Assembly: GCA_000934665.2 (NCBI GenBank) | Contig: JYFJ02001538.1 | Span: 1 to 64,000 of the forward strand | Length of the DNA: 64,000 nt | DNA from: Catajapyx aquilonaris | Lineage: Eukaryota | Direction: 5' to 3' | Part shown: piece by piece, positions 1-14,123 of the stretch | Numbering within the stretch: position 1 is the stretch's first letter | How the letters are laid out: each line of letters starts with the position of its first letter | Made by a program: the position numbers and the translations under genes | Notes under the pieces: generated by a model | Databases searched by the model: none | Told to the model about the DNA's origin: nothing | The model's input: only the letters and a program-made list of their open reading frames with translations

Positions 1-739
1 GAGAGGTGTAGTTACATGCGATGTAACAGCGGCGTGTTAACTGCCAGAAATTTTTGTCCATTAGCAGCACACAATGAGACCTGGCGGTGTTCAATGAGCG
101 GTAATGGTTACGCATTGGTTATTTCATCTATGCTGCGGTCGGTTTTTTTTAATGCGCCAAAAATGGCAGGTTGGCGTGAAAATTTTAGCCTGTAAATGGC
201 ATAATGGGCAGATAGAGTTGTTGAACTTCACATTTAATGCGCCAATGGCTGGAAATTGCGACCGCTTACCATTTCGTAACATTCAGATGTACAGTGCCCT
301 CAAGCCCACTTATTCACGTCATGATTCATATAATACGAACAGTGTCTCGAGTCCCCACGCGCACGTTATACGATCCTCGAACATATGCAAATATGGGACG
401 CAATAAAGGGGGGCATTTTGGCACCGTGAAAATTAACTGAACAGATAAAACTTGGTGAGGGATTTGACCGACCACTTTGTTAAGACAGGACATCTCTCAT
501 AACGCACCAATTTTTCCATTGCGCGTACAAAGACCTTATTTTATTTACAAGTTTCAGTACTCTCTGTAGTCTGAAAGTGGGTTAGGTAGCCGTGCATGTA
601 CAAACTTGCATATTTATATACTAGAAGAGATACCAAGACTTTTTTTTTTTCCTCCAACAATTTATGTGTCAATGCATGATTCTGGTGATTGTTCAGCATT
701 TCAGGTCACTGTTGGGTAAATAACCTGGGTATGACTTAC

Positions 740-3700
740 CCGCAAGGCCTTTCGGTGAAGACGATGTAGTTTGGGTGCGAGGTCTGGTCTCTCTCGACAA
801 ACTTGACGCAGGTGTAATTCTCCCAGTGCCTCATGGCCTGCTTGAAAAGGGCTTTGTTGGCGCCGCTGAAGTTGGCGTCGATCTCGTAAGGAATCACGCC
901 GTAGTCCCAAATGCGCTCTTTTCGAGACGTGGCCGCCCTTCTCGAACGACCGTTCTTCCCAGGACCCTTTCCTCTTCTCCTAACCAAAGAAAAGAAAATC
1001 ATGGTTACCAAAAAAAGTATTTCTTTCACACCCAAATGATGACGAGATTCGTGTGCATTAAGGCAACGAAGCGTTACAGAGAGCTTAATGTCAGTTGGTA
1101 TTTCTCGACTTAATTTGGTGGGGGTTGGCCAGCTGTTCCGTCGCACCCTATAAAGCCTTCCGATTGCCCCCGCTTCTGGTCGAATGCAAATGAGGCTCGA
1201 CAAGATTGGGAAGGCCCAAAGTATAAAAAGAGCTTGCTAATCTCAGGATTGTAGGCAGCGAGGCACAGCCACTTTGGACCCCATACGGAACAAGGCTTTT
1301 GTGCCTGTTGGATTTGAACAAGCTCAAGGAGAGCAACTTGAATATGAAACTCTTGCCAAATCCGATCGGGGGGGTCCGCGGTTGAATAGTGCAAAAAGGA
1401 TGTGTCAGTTCCCCGCAAATTCTTCTGAATGTATACTGGGCGATACTGTATCAGTAAGTTGAGACTTGGCATTGAAAGGGCCTGGTGCGTGGATATAATT
1501 TTGGAACAGCAGAGTGGGGTGAAGGACAAAATGGAGCTCTACCCCCCCTCCAGACAAGGTGGGGGAAAGAGAAAAAGAAGGATCGAGGATGATACTCGAC
1601 TCCCGCAACACACCGGTTGCCTTATTAATCATCTTGGCATGTTAGCATGTAGTAGAGCTATAGCAAGCCGGCTGAAGCTAATATTAATCCTCAGCCGGTC
1701 CTGAAAAAAAAAAAAAGTGTAATTTTCTACCCGCATTTTTAGCGATTATTAACCCTTTTGCTGCATGGGCCAGGACGCGAAATATTTAGCACTATGTATC
1801 ATGTGTGGCCAAATTTTTTTTCTTCTGGTTATTATTATCCTGAGGGAGTCGTGGCCCACGGGTGTAATTAATATAATCAAGAATTCTCGACTTGAAGAAG
1901 AGAGAGAGAAAAAAGTTGTTGGATGAGGAATGTACGGAGAGGAATTTCGAAACTTCTTGCGCTGGCCGCGAGCACGTCCGAAATAAAATTTGTTCCCGTC
2001 CAAGCCACACTTTCTCACCCCCTACTACCTCCTTCCTCTTTGCCTCCGGTTTTACTTTAAAAAAAAAAGAGTACGTAAATGCTAGTAAAGAGTTCCCCTA
2101 GGGGCTTCACCCAAGCTCCGAGTAACGGTTTGAAGGCATGATAATAGCTGGAGCTCGGGCATCTCCGAGGATTAATCGGTGATGAAGGTGCCACTTGGCT
2201 TCCGCAATATTTTTTTTAAACTGTTTTAATTGCTTTTTAAGAGCGCAGCTATATAGCCAACGAACCTTATACGTAATATTTAGCGTAGCAGTGAATGTCA
2301 TCCGACCAATCAGCTGCCACTCCTTATCTGCAGCCAATTATCAGCTGCATATCATATTGGGGAGGTATCATCTCCAACAATATTGATATTGGACCATTTT
2401 GGTCCAGATATAATGATGCTGTTTATTCAAGTGTTTCGTGGGATTGTGAGGCTGCATCGCGATAAAACGCGAACGTGGGAATTGTTTCTAGGGATAAGTA
2501 GTCTTTGTTACTAGTGAAAATAAACACTCATTACAATTGGCATTTACAACCGGGGCTGCTAATGAAATGATTACCCGCATCCCGTGCAGCAGTAGTCTTT
2601 AAGAGACAAGGGACACTTGTCCCTGACCTGACCAAACAAGTGTCGCCAACACTCCTCAATTTTACTAAAGCCAAGACCTGTTTCTCTGTCCTTGATTTGG
2701 GGGGGGGGGGGGNGGGGGGGAGTACCCCGAATTCCAGCTATAAATCCTAATCGCAATTCTCGATTCTGTCCGGTGAATTACAAAAAAAAAACGGGGATGA
2801 TCCTATAGTCACGTGCTTGAAGTGCCCTTGATGTGTGGGTGTGTACGGTGCAATTAGCGAGGTCATACACTTGTGATGTGTTTTTTTAAAGGGGGTGGGT
2901 TTTACTGCAGTGTTTCTTCGACCTCGGTTGGCGTCCCACTTACCGCCTTTTCCGGTGGTGCCTCCTTCGGTGCCGGCGGTTATGATGCGATTTGGTTCTC
3001 CGCCTTGGATGCGGGTGCAGGTGACCTTTGACCTCCTCTTCGGTGGCCATGTCCACCGCCACCTGAAGCACCTGGTAGAAGCCCTCGGAGGCCATCTGGA
3101 TCTTCTCTGCCTGCTGCGCGGGGCCCTCCAGCACCTCGTCTGATATTCGGTGCTGCTGGAGGCTCCGGTTCAGTCTTTGCAGGCTCAGCTCCAGCTCGTA
3201 GTTGGAGCTTGGAAGGGCGATGTCCCCGATGAAACCCTCTGGAAATAATACATCAGACGTGTGAAAGTTGGCGAGGGTTATGATGCTGTAAATGCGGCGT
3301 CAAGCTATAAGTTTGGAGCATGCGGAAATGTTGACACGGACGTGGAGGCCAAGAAGGTTGAGACGATGCATGTGTCGAGATTCCAAGGAATTTATAGGAA
3401 AACCAGTACTCTGTACCTGGAGACAGAACTTACGACACATCCATCGCCCCCCAGTGGGAAAGAATTTCAATTTCAACTCGGAATTTGAATTCCGTATGTT
3501 TCTCGTTGGATGGAGGAAAATTTGGCCTTTCGCACCATGTTTCCAAGATTATCCTACGTGCTTGCTCCACATGACATGAGTTGGAGCAGGTACTGGTTTT
3601 CCGATGAACTGGTTGGAGCCTTCAAACTTACGTTAAGCTCCATTTTGGCCGCGATTGTACTTCCAAGACTTACTGTTTACTTTGTCCTTGTAGGATCAAG

Positions 3701-6700
3701 AGGGGTTGTGGATTTTGCGAGTTACATCAGATGTTTGATTTAAAATGCTTAAAAATTCAATTGTTTTCCAGAGTGAATGTGAAGTTTAAGGTTTAAAAAG
3801 TGTCAAAACACACGATGGTACATTTGGCGCGGAATTAGTCGTATTCAGTACTTCAAAATTCCGTTTAATTTTTACTCGCTGGTTTATTGAAATTGCCAAT
3901 TCCACTTTGGGTATGCCTATTTCAAAAATAAACAGTCGAATTCAGTGCTAATGCTATTCAATGAGTGTTTTTCTCATAATTAATCGGATGCAGGTTATAA
4001 TATCAGATTGAGCAAATTTCATTTTATTTTTTTCGAATTGAATATTTAGCAGGGTGATGTTTCAGTCATTTTATTTTATTTTCAGCACATCACCCAGACA
4101 TTATCCTTTGTATGGTTAGTTTGAAATTAGTGCATTCAAAGTACTCTCCTTTGAGGTTGAGAATAGTAGGCAGCGTATTCCATAGTGACATATGGGTTCA
4201 GAGTCCGCAAGATCTTAACTGGTAGCTTCTGGCTTTTTAAAATCACGGTGCATTGGCCAGAGCAGCATCATGTTTATGCAGATATGAAACCGCAACTACT
4301 TGTGTATGGATGCGTGTTTTCATTAATCTAAGTTCATAGCCTTTGAAACACGCTTGCAATGACCCCTGATTCCCATGACGCAAGTATATACTGTACTTAT
4401 TTTCATGAATGAGTGTCTTCAATTAAACGACATTTTTTAAAAGTCTTCTTACTTCTACATTATGCAGATGATGAACGGACGGGTAACTTTAATGCAGTGC
4501 AGTAACAACACTGCGGTTATTTAAAAATAAATGCCCTGTCACATCATGGTAACCGCAGCAGCAGCAGGTTTCAGCTGGCAAACCGCGTACATAATCGTGG
4601 CCTGGCTCCGGGTTTTAATGCCCAGTTTTCATAATCACTTGCCGAATATATTTGGCCGAACTCTTTTGCAGAGTTGGTCTCGTTTCAGAGGACATACGGA
4701 CACATGCATAATTATATACTGGGTGCAGTCCATCGCCGTACAGGCACTTGTCCTCTTTTTATTTATACATGCTCGGCGGTTCATTTTCCTCTTCGACATT
4801 GAATGACCGACACTTGCTTTTCCAAATGAGAAACAATTTTCTGGCATAATCCCGAGGTCAGGCCTGGTGCTGTCGGGAGGTCAAGAATCGAAACGTGACG
4901 AAACAGTCATTAACCTTTGGGTTCCTTTTTTTTCCACTCTCCCTATAGTATATTTATAGTCTCACGCCTTTCCCCAGGGGGATGGATTGATGGCCTGGGC
5001 GCCTTTTGTTTTGGCCCGAGTACAATTACCAGCAATGCGCAAATGTCCTTGATTTAATTAGCCGCAGCCGACAACTGGGGGTTCGTGCACCGCTGACAAA
5101 CCATCGACACTGATAGATTCGCACTGAAAAATCGCCAACACAATTGCACTAGTTTTTTTTTTAAAGCGAAAAAATGTGGCAACTGCGGACAGTAGACGCG
5201 TCTAGATCGTGGGCGCCAAGTTTGAATCACAGCGAGACAGTGACCTTAAGATTGCGAGAATTTTTTGTTTGCGAGAACGCGTCCCACTGCTAGCTGGAGG
5301 GGGGAAAAAATGCAAATTTATGCGAAATTTATGGCTACTAATTGTGTGAGTGACCAATCCCTATTTGTGTGGGACCAGTACGGTGGTTGACCGGTATACG
5401 GACATGACAGGACTATTGCTGAGAGTGGACAGCGTGATGCTAATTACCGCTGAGAGCTTGAGTGTGTGCGCATGACTTGAAAGGAGCCGGCTTATTAAGT
5501 GTGAAAGAAATGCGAGTATGTGTCATCCGAGTCATACGATGTGTGCATAATTATGTTTCTTGAATTATTACTTTGGTTAATATATGTTTCAATAAAATTA
5601 TTCACACGATAAAAATATGGAAATGATTTCTCATCGAAAAAATGTATTATATAGAACGGCTCTGACCGTGGACAAGTATCAGGGATTAAACCGCAGCATC
5701 AACAAACGGTTTTCGGATTCGGATTCAGCGGACCCTAACTAAGTTTCATGGTTGATATTCGGTGACCAACCACTTCCGGTTTTCCGGGTTCACTCTGTCC
5801 CCCAAGGTCAATGCTTCAAAAGATTTGTGTCTTTTTGGCAACGAAAAATGAGACGGACAACATTCTCTGCAACTGTTGTCCAGTTTGAATTTCCTGTAGG
5901 CAATGAGAAAACGTCTACTCGAATCATGCTTGCCAATCTTTTTTTTTTCTTCTTCTTCAAATATACGAACAATAGCCACAATCTGTGGGTTGTAAAACCA
6001 ACTTATCTGCACTTATCCGACGCTCTCTGAATTTTTTATTTAAAAAAGTGAACATGTCATCAAAATTCTGGTCCATATTCATTACCTTACAGCATGTTAC
6101 CCGGCCACCACACAGCAGGAAACCCCCTGCTTTTACGACTTAGATTTGCGACACTATCGACCACGCTCTAGGCAGCACAGGTGCTGGCTCAAAAAAAAAT
6201 TTACGACAAAAATTTACATAAAATCTAGAAAATTACGCTATAATAAGGACCTCAAATCTGGCAAATACCTCCTCGTGCACTTGCAAAGGAAGAAATTGCG
6301 AGAGGAATGCGATGAGCTTGCATTTGTTGCTTGGCAACCTCAAATTGACGCCCATATCTCGAGGTTGAGGCTGGTTGTTGTGGAGTGGTCAGGAGGGGTG
6401 TTTTGTTTCTTCCGCAAAGTCCGAGGAATGGGCCACTTTGGCCAAGAGGATTAGAGTCTTGGCTGCTGCTGGGGCTAGGTCAGGCTGATGTGCTGGGGAT
6501 GGTCAGGATAAAGGAGGAGTTTTTGAGCTAGCTTCTCGAGAGCCACATTCCTGCACTGGCCTCTCATTTCGTGCCTTTTCGACAGGTCCTAAATTTTTAG
6601 CCGTGTTGCCGGCTCTTTTTTTATATTTAAAAAAAATGTGGATATCGGTTCCAATTCTGGTCCATAATAGAGGAGATTACGTGTAGCCTGGAGGAATGTT

Positions 6701-7052
6701 CATAGGAAATCGATGGTTGGATGACAGGTGCAAGGTAAGGTTGTCACCTGCCTGTCAAAAAAAAAATGCAGTGGTGGATCGGAAGTGTCGAGCAAGTTGT
6801 CAGCACCACAAAGGTTGCCGACATGCTTTATACTCGGTACAGTGATTTTTTTTTACATCATGAGCTGCATTATGACCACGTAAAAAATGTAAACATTATT
6901 ATTATTGTACAGTTGAATTCAAAAAAAATGTTCTGTTATAGCCAAAGGTGAGGTGAAAATGAGTGTCATTATATCAGGAGTAAAAAATACAGTGGGCCTT
7001 ATGTAAGTATGGCGGAATCTGCCTTTCGAATCTGTTATATCCGGAGCCAACT

Positions 7053-7131
<79 letters not shown>

Positions 7132-10100
7132 GCTGTTATTCTATAGGTTCACACTTGCTATACGTTAAGTCACACAATGCGGTGTTGTCCTACCCCCCCA
7201 ATGCGGATTCGCCATACCAGGGCCTTAACATCTCGTAGGCCAATCAGACTCGGAGCAACACTGATAGGATTACTTCCTAATTCGAACCTAGTTGTCCGGA
7301 AGTAAATGGAAAGTGGAAAAGTTGTGCGGTCTAGGCCACACAGTCCACAGGAGTTATAGTGCTTTTCCCCCTCCCAAATTTTTTGTAGTTTTTTTTTAAG
7401 GTTTTTCAACCGCACGCGCCTAGGATCAAAAGTGGAGCGGTTGACTAATAATAATTTCCCAGAGCCCTCAGAGAGCCTCAACGTGGAAAAAAAAAGAAGA
7501 AAAAAAAGCAAATCGATGCTTGCGGGGGCCAAAAAGGAACCTCCTTTGCCCCGCTTGTTTGGGAGATCATCATCTCTATGGAGAGAGTTGGGGTCCTTTA
7601 ATCTCCAGTATATGAGGTTGGATCTCAATTATATAGTGTGTGCCATATTTTGAGCTAATATTTGTGAAATTATGTTACCTGATACTTTCATAAGTGCGGC
7701 TTGCATAGACCAATATCACTAAAAATATTTGAATGAACATTTCACTCCAAAAAAAATGAGCACTTTCGGAAAGTGCTCTTTTTGAGTGAATTTCATTCCG
7801 AAAAGAGTTACCTTTAATTCAAATCGAGCGCAAAAATTACTGGAAAAGTGAGTGAAAATGAGCGGAAAACTGCTCTTTCAGTGAGCTCAGTTTGAGTGAA
7901 AAATATTTCATTCAAGTGATCGAGTTATTTCCGCTCAATTTGAGTAGAAAATCACTCAAATTGAGTGGAAAACAACTCACATTTTTTTTTAGAGTGAGAC
8001 CCTTTCAATTATTATGCCCCTGCTAAGATGGCATCTTTAGGAGCCAGATCTGAAGGACTGATCCGGAGACTCTCATTTCCTACTCCCTTCAATAAAAATG
8101 AGGGTGACATCAGGACATTCTGTCGATATGATCCATCAGCCTCCTTATCGAAAGAGAGTTCCTAATTGAAAGATTAAGGAGTTTCGAGGAAATGTCTTTA
8201 GATCGAGTTCAGTCAATCTCGCTCTCCTCTTTTAAATTTCTTTTAGTGGATAATGAGATGGGCACTTGGACTACTGGAGAAGAGAGTCTGCTTGATTTTT
8301 TTTCTTCTTCTTCTTCTTCTTCTTCTTTCTTATCCTGATAAAGGATTCTGAGGCCCCTCTCTGCTCCATACTTGATCACCATGGCGTTAAATTTTCATGG
8401 CCAATCTGGAGAAAAGTGAATAGCCTCTTCGGGACCCTTATTTAAAGTCGTATTGGCACTTTTTTCAGAAGGGGAAGAATGGGAGGGGTTGCTAACACGG
8501 AAAGGTTAGGATTTTCCGGGCCTTCTTTTTTTTAAAATAAAAATAAAAATACTGAGCGAATCAAGTTTGGTAGGAAATGACCACTGCAGTATATAGCCTT
8601 GATGAAAGAGTGTAACAAAAGAGATTGTTGTGTTTTTTTTCAGGAGAAAATGTTATGCAGCATGCAGTGTTTTTGTGCGCTCAATTTCCATATAAAATGA
8701 CCACACCAAGCGTTGTATTATGCAGTGATAATGAATTTTGCAGGGTACGTAGGTTGTTTACATTGTATGATTGTACGTTTTGTGTATATGTGTTCATATC
8801 ATTTATATCATATTCATCCCTTTCATTAACCTCTGCGTGGCCTGACCATCCACCAGAGTGTCATTTTGTAGGTCATACGAGGGGGACAGGGGCAACCTGT
8901 ACTCCGCTGGCTACCCCTCTATGGGATTATTTTGCCGTGAAGTAAATGACGTAGGTATAATAAGCAAAATAGGTTTTTTTTTGTTTCAGGTACTATTGTT
9001 TTGCCGTATCCGATTTTTGTTGCAACCGGCACAAGCAGCTGTGGTACTTGCAAAAAATAATTATGTGCTCTGTACTTGTTCCTATTATGAATAACTCAAC
9101 TTTTGCTCCTACATGTATGTTGCTATTTATATTACTTTTCATATCCTTCAGCGATTAGTAATTATTTTATTTTTACTTTTAATTATTGTTACCTACTTCA
9201 TACTTGTAGCGTCTTAGTGTGACAATATAAGGTAGGAGAAGGCAAGAGTAGGTTACTGTACCGTATAGTCTACATCGATCGCGTCGCTCGAGAGCGACAA
9301 AGGCTATGACTATCAAACCTCCTTTGTGACAAGGTAACTCTAGTTGTAACCCAAGTGTGATTATCATAACAGCCATGCCCTGAGTAAACCAAAACCGTTT
9401 TGGCGAAACTGTAGCCTTCCTCTTCCTATATTGATCCGCATCGGTCGTGACGGCAGGGAAATTTTGCCAATTCTCATCGTCCGCTCTCTAGGCTTATTCA
9501 GTCCGCCCTCGCCATCCAGTACAATCAGATATAATTCCCGAATTTGAATTACATAAGTGGATGCACAGACACGCTTCAGGCGAACACAATTGAAGTGATG
9601 ACTCTTCGCAGGCAATGCAGAATTTTCGGACGAGTCATCAGTTCCTAGGAATATTAAGGTTGTCGCAAAAAAAAAAAATTTTTTAGCGAGACAGCTAGAA
9701 GGGTGACATTATCTCGACTCCAGGAACCGGGTTTGCATCATAATCTGAATACAAATGGGGAGACTGTAAAGGTCGCGGATTTTTTTTTTGTAGCTAAATA
9801 GCAAGGAATGGCGCAAATTCTATGCTCGCAAAACCTACAGCTAAATTTAGACGCCTTGCCGGCTCGGGATTTGTGCTAAATGCTCTGTTGGTTCAGTCAG
9901 CTCCTTTTCGATTGTTGGGGAGCGGGATGTTCATTTCACGGATCAGCGTTTTTGTTTGGGATCTAGAATCAATTTAACAGCTGAAAAAAACGAGGAGGGA
10001 GATAGAGGCTTCTCTCGGTGTAGATATCGGTTGTGATAGCTGGCCTAGTTTTAATGGAAAAAAAATAGAGAGAGGGACAATCATGCTATAGTGTTACCTC

Positions 10101-13100
10101 GCTAGTTTTTGCAATGTGTTATCGGTCATTTCATATATTATCCTGAAAGAACATTGAACAGATATAGTAGGAAGCACATTTTACATTTACATTTGTGCGA
10201 TAGTATCGTCGCAGAATCTGATGCGCATGCGTAAGAATACATGTGGGGGTGGAGCCTAAGCCTGGATTTGGACGATACTATCATAGGATTTTCGCAATAT
10301 TTTTTTCCCATCATTTCCAAGTGGTCGTTGATCTTGTGTTGGTTGCTATGTCCCCCACCTCTTTCCACTGCCACCCCCACCATCTCGCAGGAAGAAACCT
10401 ATCCGCTTGTTTTCCTCTGCTCAAGGGGTTTATAAATATTCCGAGTCAGCTTCAGGGACCACGGTTATAAGCAGCATCCTCCTGTTTTAAACTCGGGCAG
10501 ATGGGGATCTCGTCTTCGCCGAGGTTTTCCTTTGCCATTAAGTGGAAGCCGAGGCACGGATTGAATTTCCACTGCCTTTAACCCCTCCTCTTCCGATAGT
10601 ATCGATTCAAGTCCAAGATAACTCTGCGACCAGTTAAATGTATAGTGTGTATCCTTGGCGGGATTTACTGAAAAAGACAGGTTCAAAGAAACTGGGCAGG
10701 GTCAGGAAATCAGGTCGATCACAGTCCAGTGTCGGCTAGGAGTTGACCTCCTATCTCTTATCTTTTCTTTCTCTTTCCGGTCATCCAGTTGCTTCACCTT
10801 TCGAGTGTGTTGCCTTGGTACAAAAACGTGTTGGGACTGCCAGATTCTGGTTCACTTTTTTTTTTGTCCCCACGTTGGACCCACTGTATATAGGAGTGTC
10901 TTCATTCCGCTCGTCACTGGCTTCAATTAGGTGTGGACCATCTCGAGAATTGATCTGAGTTTCAGGATGGTATAGTGGGGGGGAGGGTAATGAAAACGAG
11001 GTTTTAGCTAGCATAAACCTGGTCGTTTCGTCTTGGTTAAGGGTTGACTTTTGGTGCTATACAGGAATTTGAGATGCTGGCACAGAGCCTGACTGGTTGG
11101 TTGATGCATGAATTTGAGCCTGGAGGTTAACAACAACAAAAAAAAGGGGGAAACGTGCAGTCATCGTTTTTAATTGTTCGAGTGCGGTGCACTTTAAGGT
11201 ATTTTTTTCGTCCTTTGTCTGCACGATATTCTGTGTGTACATTACGGAAAATTCATGCCTAAAATTACTTAATATGAGAAATTAATTAGCACAAAATTTG
11301 GACTCTGTCCGGACATTTAACATGTCGTACCTATAAAGGCTCCTCTTATAATTCGTTAAACGTTTACAAATAGTTCAGTTTGGCGAGCTCAACTTTTACA
11401 TCAGTTTAACAATTCCGTGTATATTCATACTGAAAATTCAGACAATACATCGTCTGAATTTTTATCTGTTTGCGCTTGAATATTAATTGCTTACCAATTG
11501 GCACCTTGCAGCTGTTTTTTCACTGCTGACGAAAATATTATGCAGAAATTCGTGTAGAAATCCCTGTCTATTTATTTATTTATTGTTCGTCATGGCCCAG
11601 AGAGTTCGTTCATAATTTTTCCCATGTGACTTTTAAAAAGTTCATCATTGCAGGTCAGTGTTTGGTGTCAAGTTGCACTGATAGAGTACTATGCACTCGA
11701 GTTTAAATAACTTTTATCGCCACATATGTCACACATGTCGCGATGTTGTCGAACTTTCCTCCCTAAATTTCATATTTGTCCACAGTTTGTTGACTGATGT
11801 CTGCCTTATGCTACAAAAATCCCGTTTCTTTGTGTATAGATAAGAAATGGAATAACTTTTGTGTGCTTCTGCTGCCCTCGAGGCCTTGTCCAGAGATAGC
11901 AGTCGATGACATCGCCCCCTTGTATATACACATACATACTATACACCCCCTCAGGTTACCTTGAGCAACTCAAGTACACGACCTCAAAAAAAAGAAGCGT
12001 AGAACAGGTTGCAAAATAGTGTTGGGCGTAAAACGCGCGTCATTAACGCATCTACTACACCCCCTAGTGTCCCACAGATCGGATTGCAATTACGCAAGGT
12101 TGCAGATCTGTTTATTCCCACTGCCAAAATATCGGTTTGTTATTTCTACACTATATATATGATGCAGCAGGCCCAACCGAGTGCAATCACACTAATTGCA
12201 CCCAACAGTAATTACTCGGTCCAGGACAAGTCAATTTTTTACTAAAACCCGGAGGGTGGGATTCCCCATGTCCTTGCACAAAATAAACCGCCCCCATAAT
12301 AATTGATTATCCCTTGACCGTCTGCTGAACTGTTTTCGATTCCAAGGCCAATCGCATGACGTGGAATTGATGGTGGGATTGGGTGGGAATTTTCATTACT
12401 TGTAGAGGGATTGTTTGAGCTAATGAGGTGTTTAATTTAGTGCCGATCGAGTATTGCCAGTGGGGTGTTTACATCACAATCAAGAGTATGTTGGATCAAA
12501 TTGCTGTGGATTAATTGGCTCCTCCTATAATACCAAGCGGTGTATTAAAATTCTTCCTGAAACCTGTTTTTGCATAATTTTTGCACGAATTTTGCGATTT
12601 TGGATTGTGTATAGAGGTCGTTCGTCTTAATAGTGTTTTCGCAACAGTTTACTTCAAAACTGGTGGGTGTTACTGCATCTTTGTCTATTATTAGAGCACC
12701 GGCATGGCACTTTGCATGATCGCGGCAGTTAGGAAAAACCTGCAAATATAAATAGTGGGGTGGGGGGGAGGGGGTGTCACACCGCTGAATTGATGTAGGT
12801 GCTTTGAGCGTGACCGAAAAAAAGTGGCGCGTGTCTAAGCCATTGCAAGGTGGTCCAAAAGTGCGAAAAATTCGCATATTGATGAGGATAAGTCTCTTGT
12901 CCCCCCCCGATCCATAACAATGCACAGGAAGCTGAAATTATTTTCATTATGATGGCAATTCATCACGCCAAATAGCAATACCTTCAATTGGGGTGAGATT
13001 GTGCCAGGTGGGGTGAGATTGTGCCAGCGCATTTTTTTTGGACAACAGTGCGCCCTACTGTCAGAATTTAGTCTGGTTTTACTACATTGAGGGATGGTCA

Positions 13101-13605
13101 AGGTTGGCAATGACAAGTAGAATTCGCGGTAGGGCGCACTGTTGTTCATAAAACCGCGATGGCACAATCTCACCCCATCTAGCACAATCTCACACCAATT
13201 AATTAATTAATTAATTAACCCCAATTGACATATATCGTCAAATTCATTAACTTACATTTTTTGCTTAAGTTATGGATTGTTGCAATTCCTGGGGTAAAAG
13301 AACCATGACGTGAGCAGACTTGGGCAGTGTTGTAATCGCACATATATTAGGACGCCCGCACTTTTCCCGTGCCCTTGCAACAGGCACCTACTAGTGCTTC
13401 CCACGTTCATGACATGCACAAACTGTACACACACAAAAAAAGATATGAACTTACCTCCTTTGCATGGGTCCATGTCCACATCACCGGACACTCTGTTGGG
13501 GAAACTACTTGAGAGGAGTTGCTCGATAGAAAAGTGCTTGGTGGTTCCCTGGCATGGGCGCATGAGACACGCCAGGAGGAACACAGCTAGTCCTGAGATG
13601 GTCAT
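740..13605 (-). CDS. BMP1: Tolloid/BMP1-like astacin metalloprotease, 5' part (signal peptide, prodomain, start of catalytic domain); continues beyond the window's left edge
   Basis: Exons 13605-13455 ([20 protein letters not shown]...DMDPCKG), 3238-2944 ([10 protein letters not shown]...RRHHRKR) and 979-740 (RRGKG...[61 protein letters not shown]). All junctions are GT-AG with matching phases (1, 2). The DPCK..GFxGDIAL prodomain motif, furin site RSRR and astacin N-terminus are typical of BMP1/tolloid/tolkin. The paralog cannot be resolved here. Confidence 0.93.
6910..7053. mobile_element. Short TA-flanked pogo/Tigger-like MITE (TA|CAGTTG...CAACTG|TA)
   Basis: Terminal CAGTTG/CAACTG with TA flanks. 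The internal sequence (gaggtgaaaatgagt..atcaggagtaaaaaatac..gccttatgtaagtatggcgg) matches 38447-38530. Confidence 0.6.
7054..7131. repeat. (TAT)n microsatellite
   Basis: Pure TAT run starting at the right TA flank of the MITE. Confidence 0.95.
7717..7996. mobile_element. CACT...AGTG-terminated repeat-rich element with internal hairpins (probable non-autonomous DNA transposon)
   Basis: Ends CACTAAAAA / TTTTTAGAGTG, with many GAGTGAAA/TTTCACTC-like units. Hairpins GAGCACTTTC-G-GAAAGTGCTC (7758-7778) and 7929-7970. Confidence 0.55.
12981..13231. mobile_element. MITE family A, copy 1 (TIR ~CCGTCAATTGGGGTGAGATTGTGCCA, TA-flanked; Tc1/mariner-pogo type)
   Basis: Long imperfect TIRs with a doubled GGGGTGAGATTGTGCCA unit and internal ACAGTGCGCCCTAC/GTAGGGCGCACTGT. 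A homologous copy lies at 60140-60330. Confidence 0.8.
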
Positions 13606-14123
13606 CGTCTTGCATTGAAAGTTGCAGTGTGAACAAAAAATGTCCGAAGCGCGGGCCCGTGTAAACAGACAACAAGAGCGCGCCCTTTTTTAAATATATA
13701 TCAGTTTGTATTGTTTCAGCGATATTCGCCAGAGATCATTGTCGGAAGACTTAGGTCTTTTAGAGGCCCGTCGGATGGGCAGGCCGGGCAGGTGACAGGG
13801 ACGGACACATTTTTCGTCTCGAGATTTAAATATCGGTCAGGTGTGCCCCCCCACAAACTGGTGAGCCGAATGAGGAGCCGTCCGACTCTGACCGGGACCG
13901 ATAACTCTCTGCGAGAGAGATGCGATCGTCGGGGCCAGGAGAGATGGAGCCAGGGGTTTGGGGTGGGTGGGGTGGAGGGTTCGGGTGGGGTGGGTGGGGT
14001 AGAAGAAGAGNGGGGGGGTGAAACAGCGGGGGAGGACATTGCATCTCACATGCAGCTATTAGACAAAAGTGACGCTCAGGGAGGAACCATATGTCGAAAA
14101 TCGAAATGTGCAGTGCTGGACAT

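Noticed and set aside
2701..2721. Long G/C homopolymers containing N (also 14011 and 17967)
   Set aside because: Base-calling or assembly uncertainty; run lengths are unreliable.
6032..6670. Weak direct repeat (TTTAAAAAA..AATTCTGGTCCATA) ~580 bp apart
   Set aside because: Short, AT-rich and degenerate; no element could be defined.
9187..9371. TGTTA...TAACA segment as a possible solo LTR
   Set aside because: No target-site duplication and no second copy in the window.
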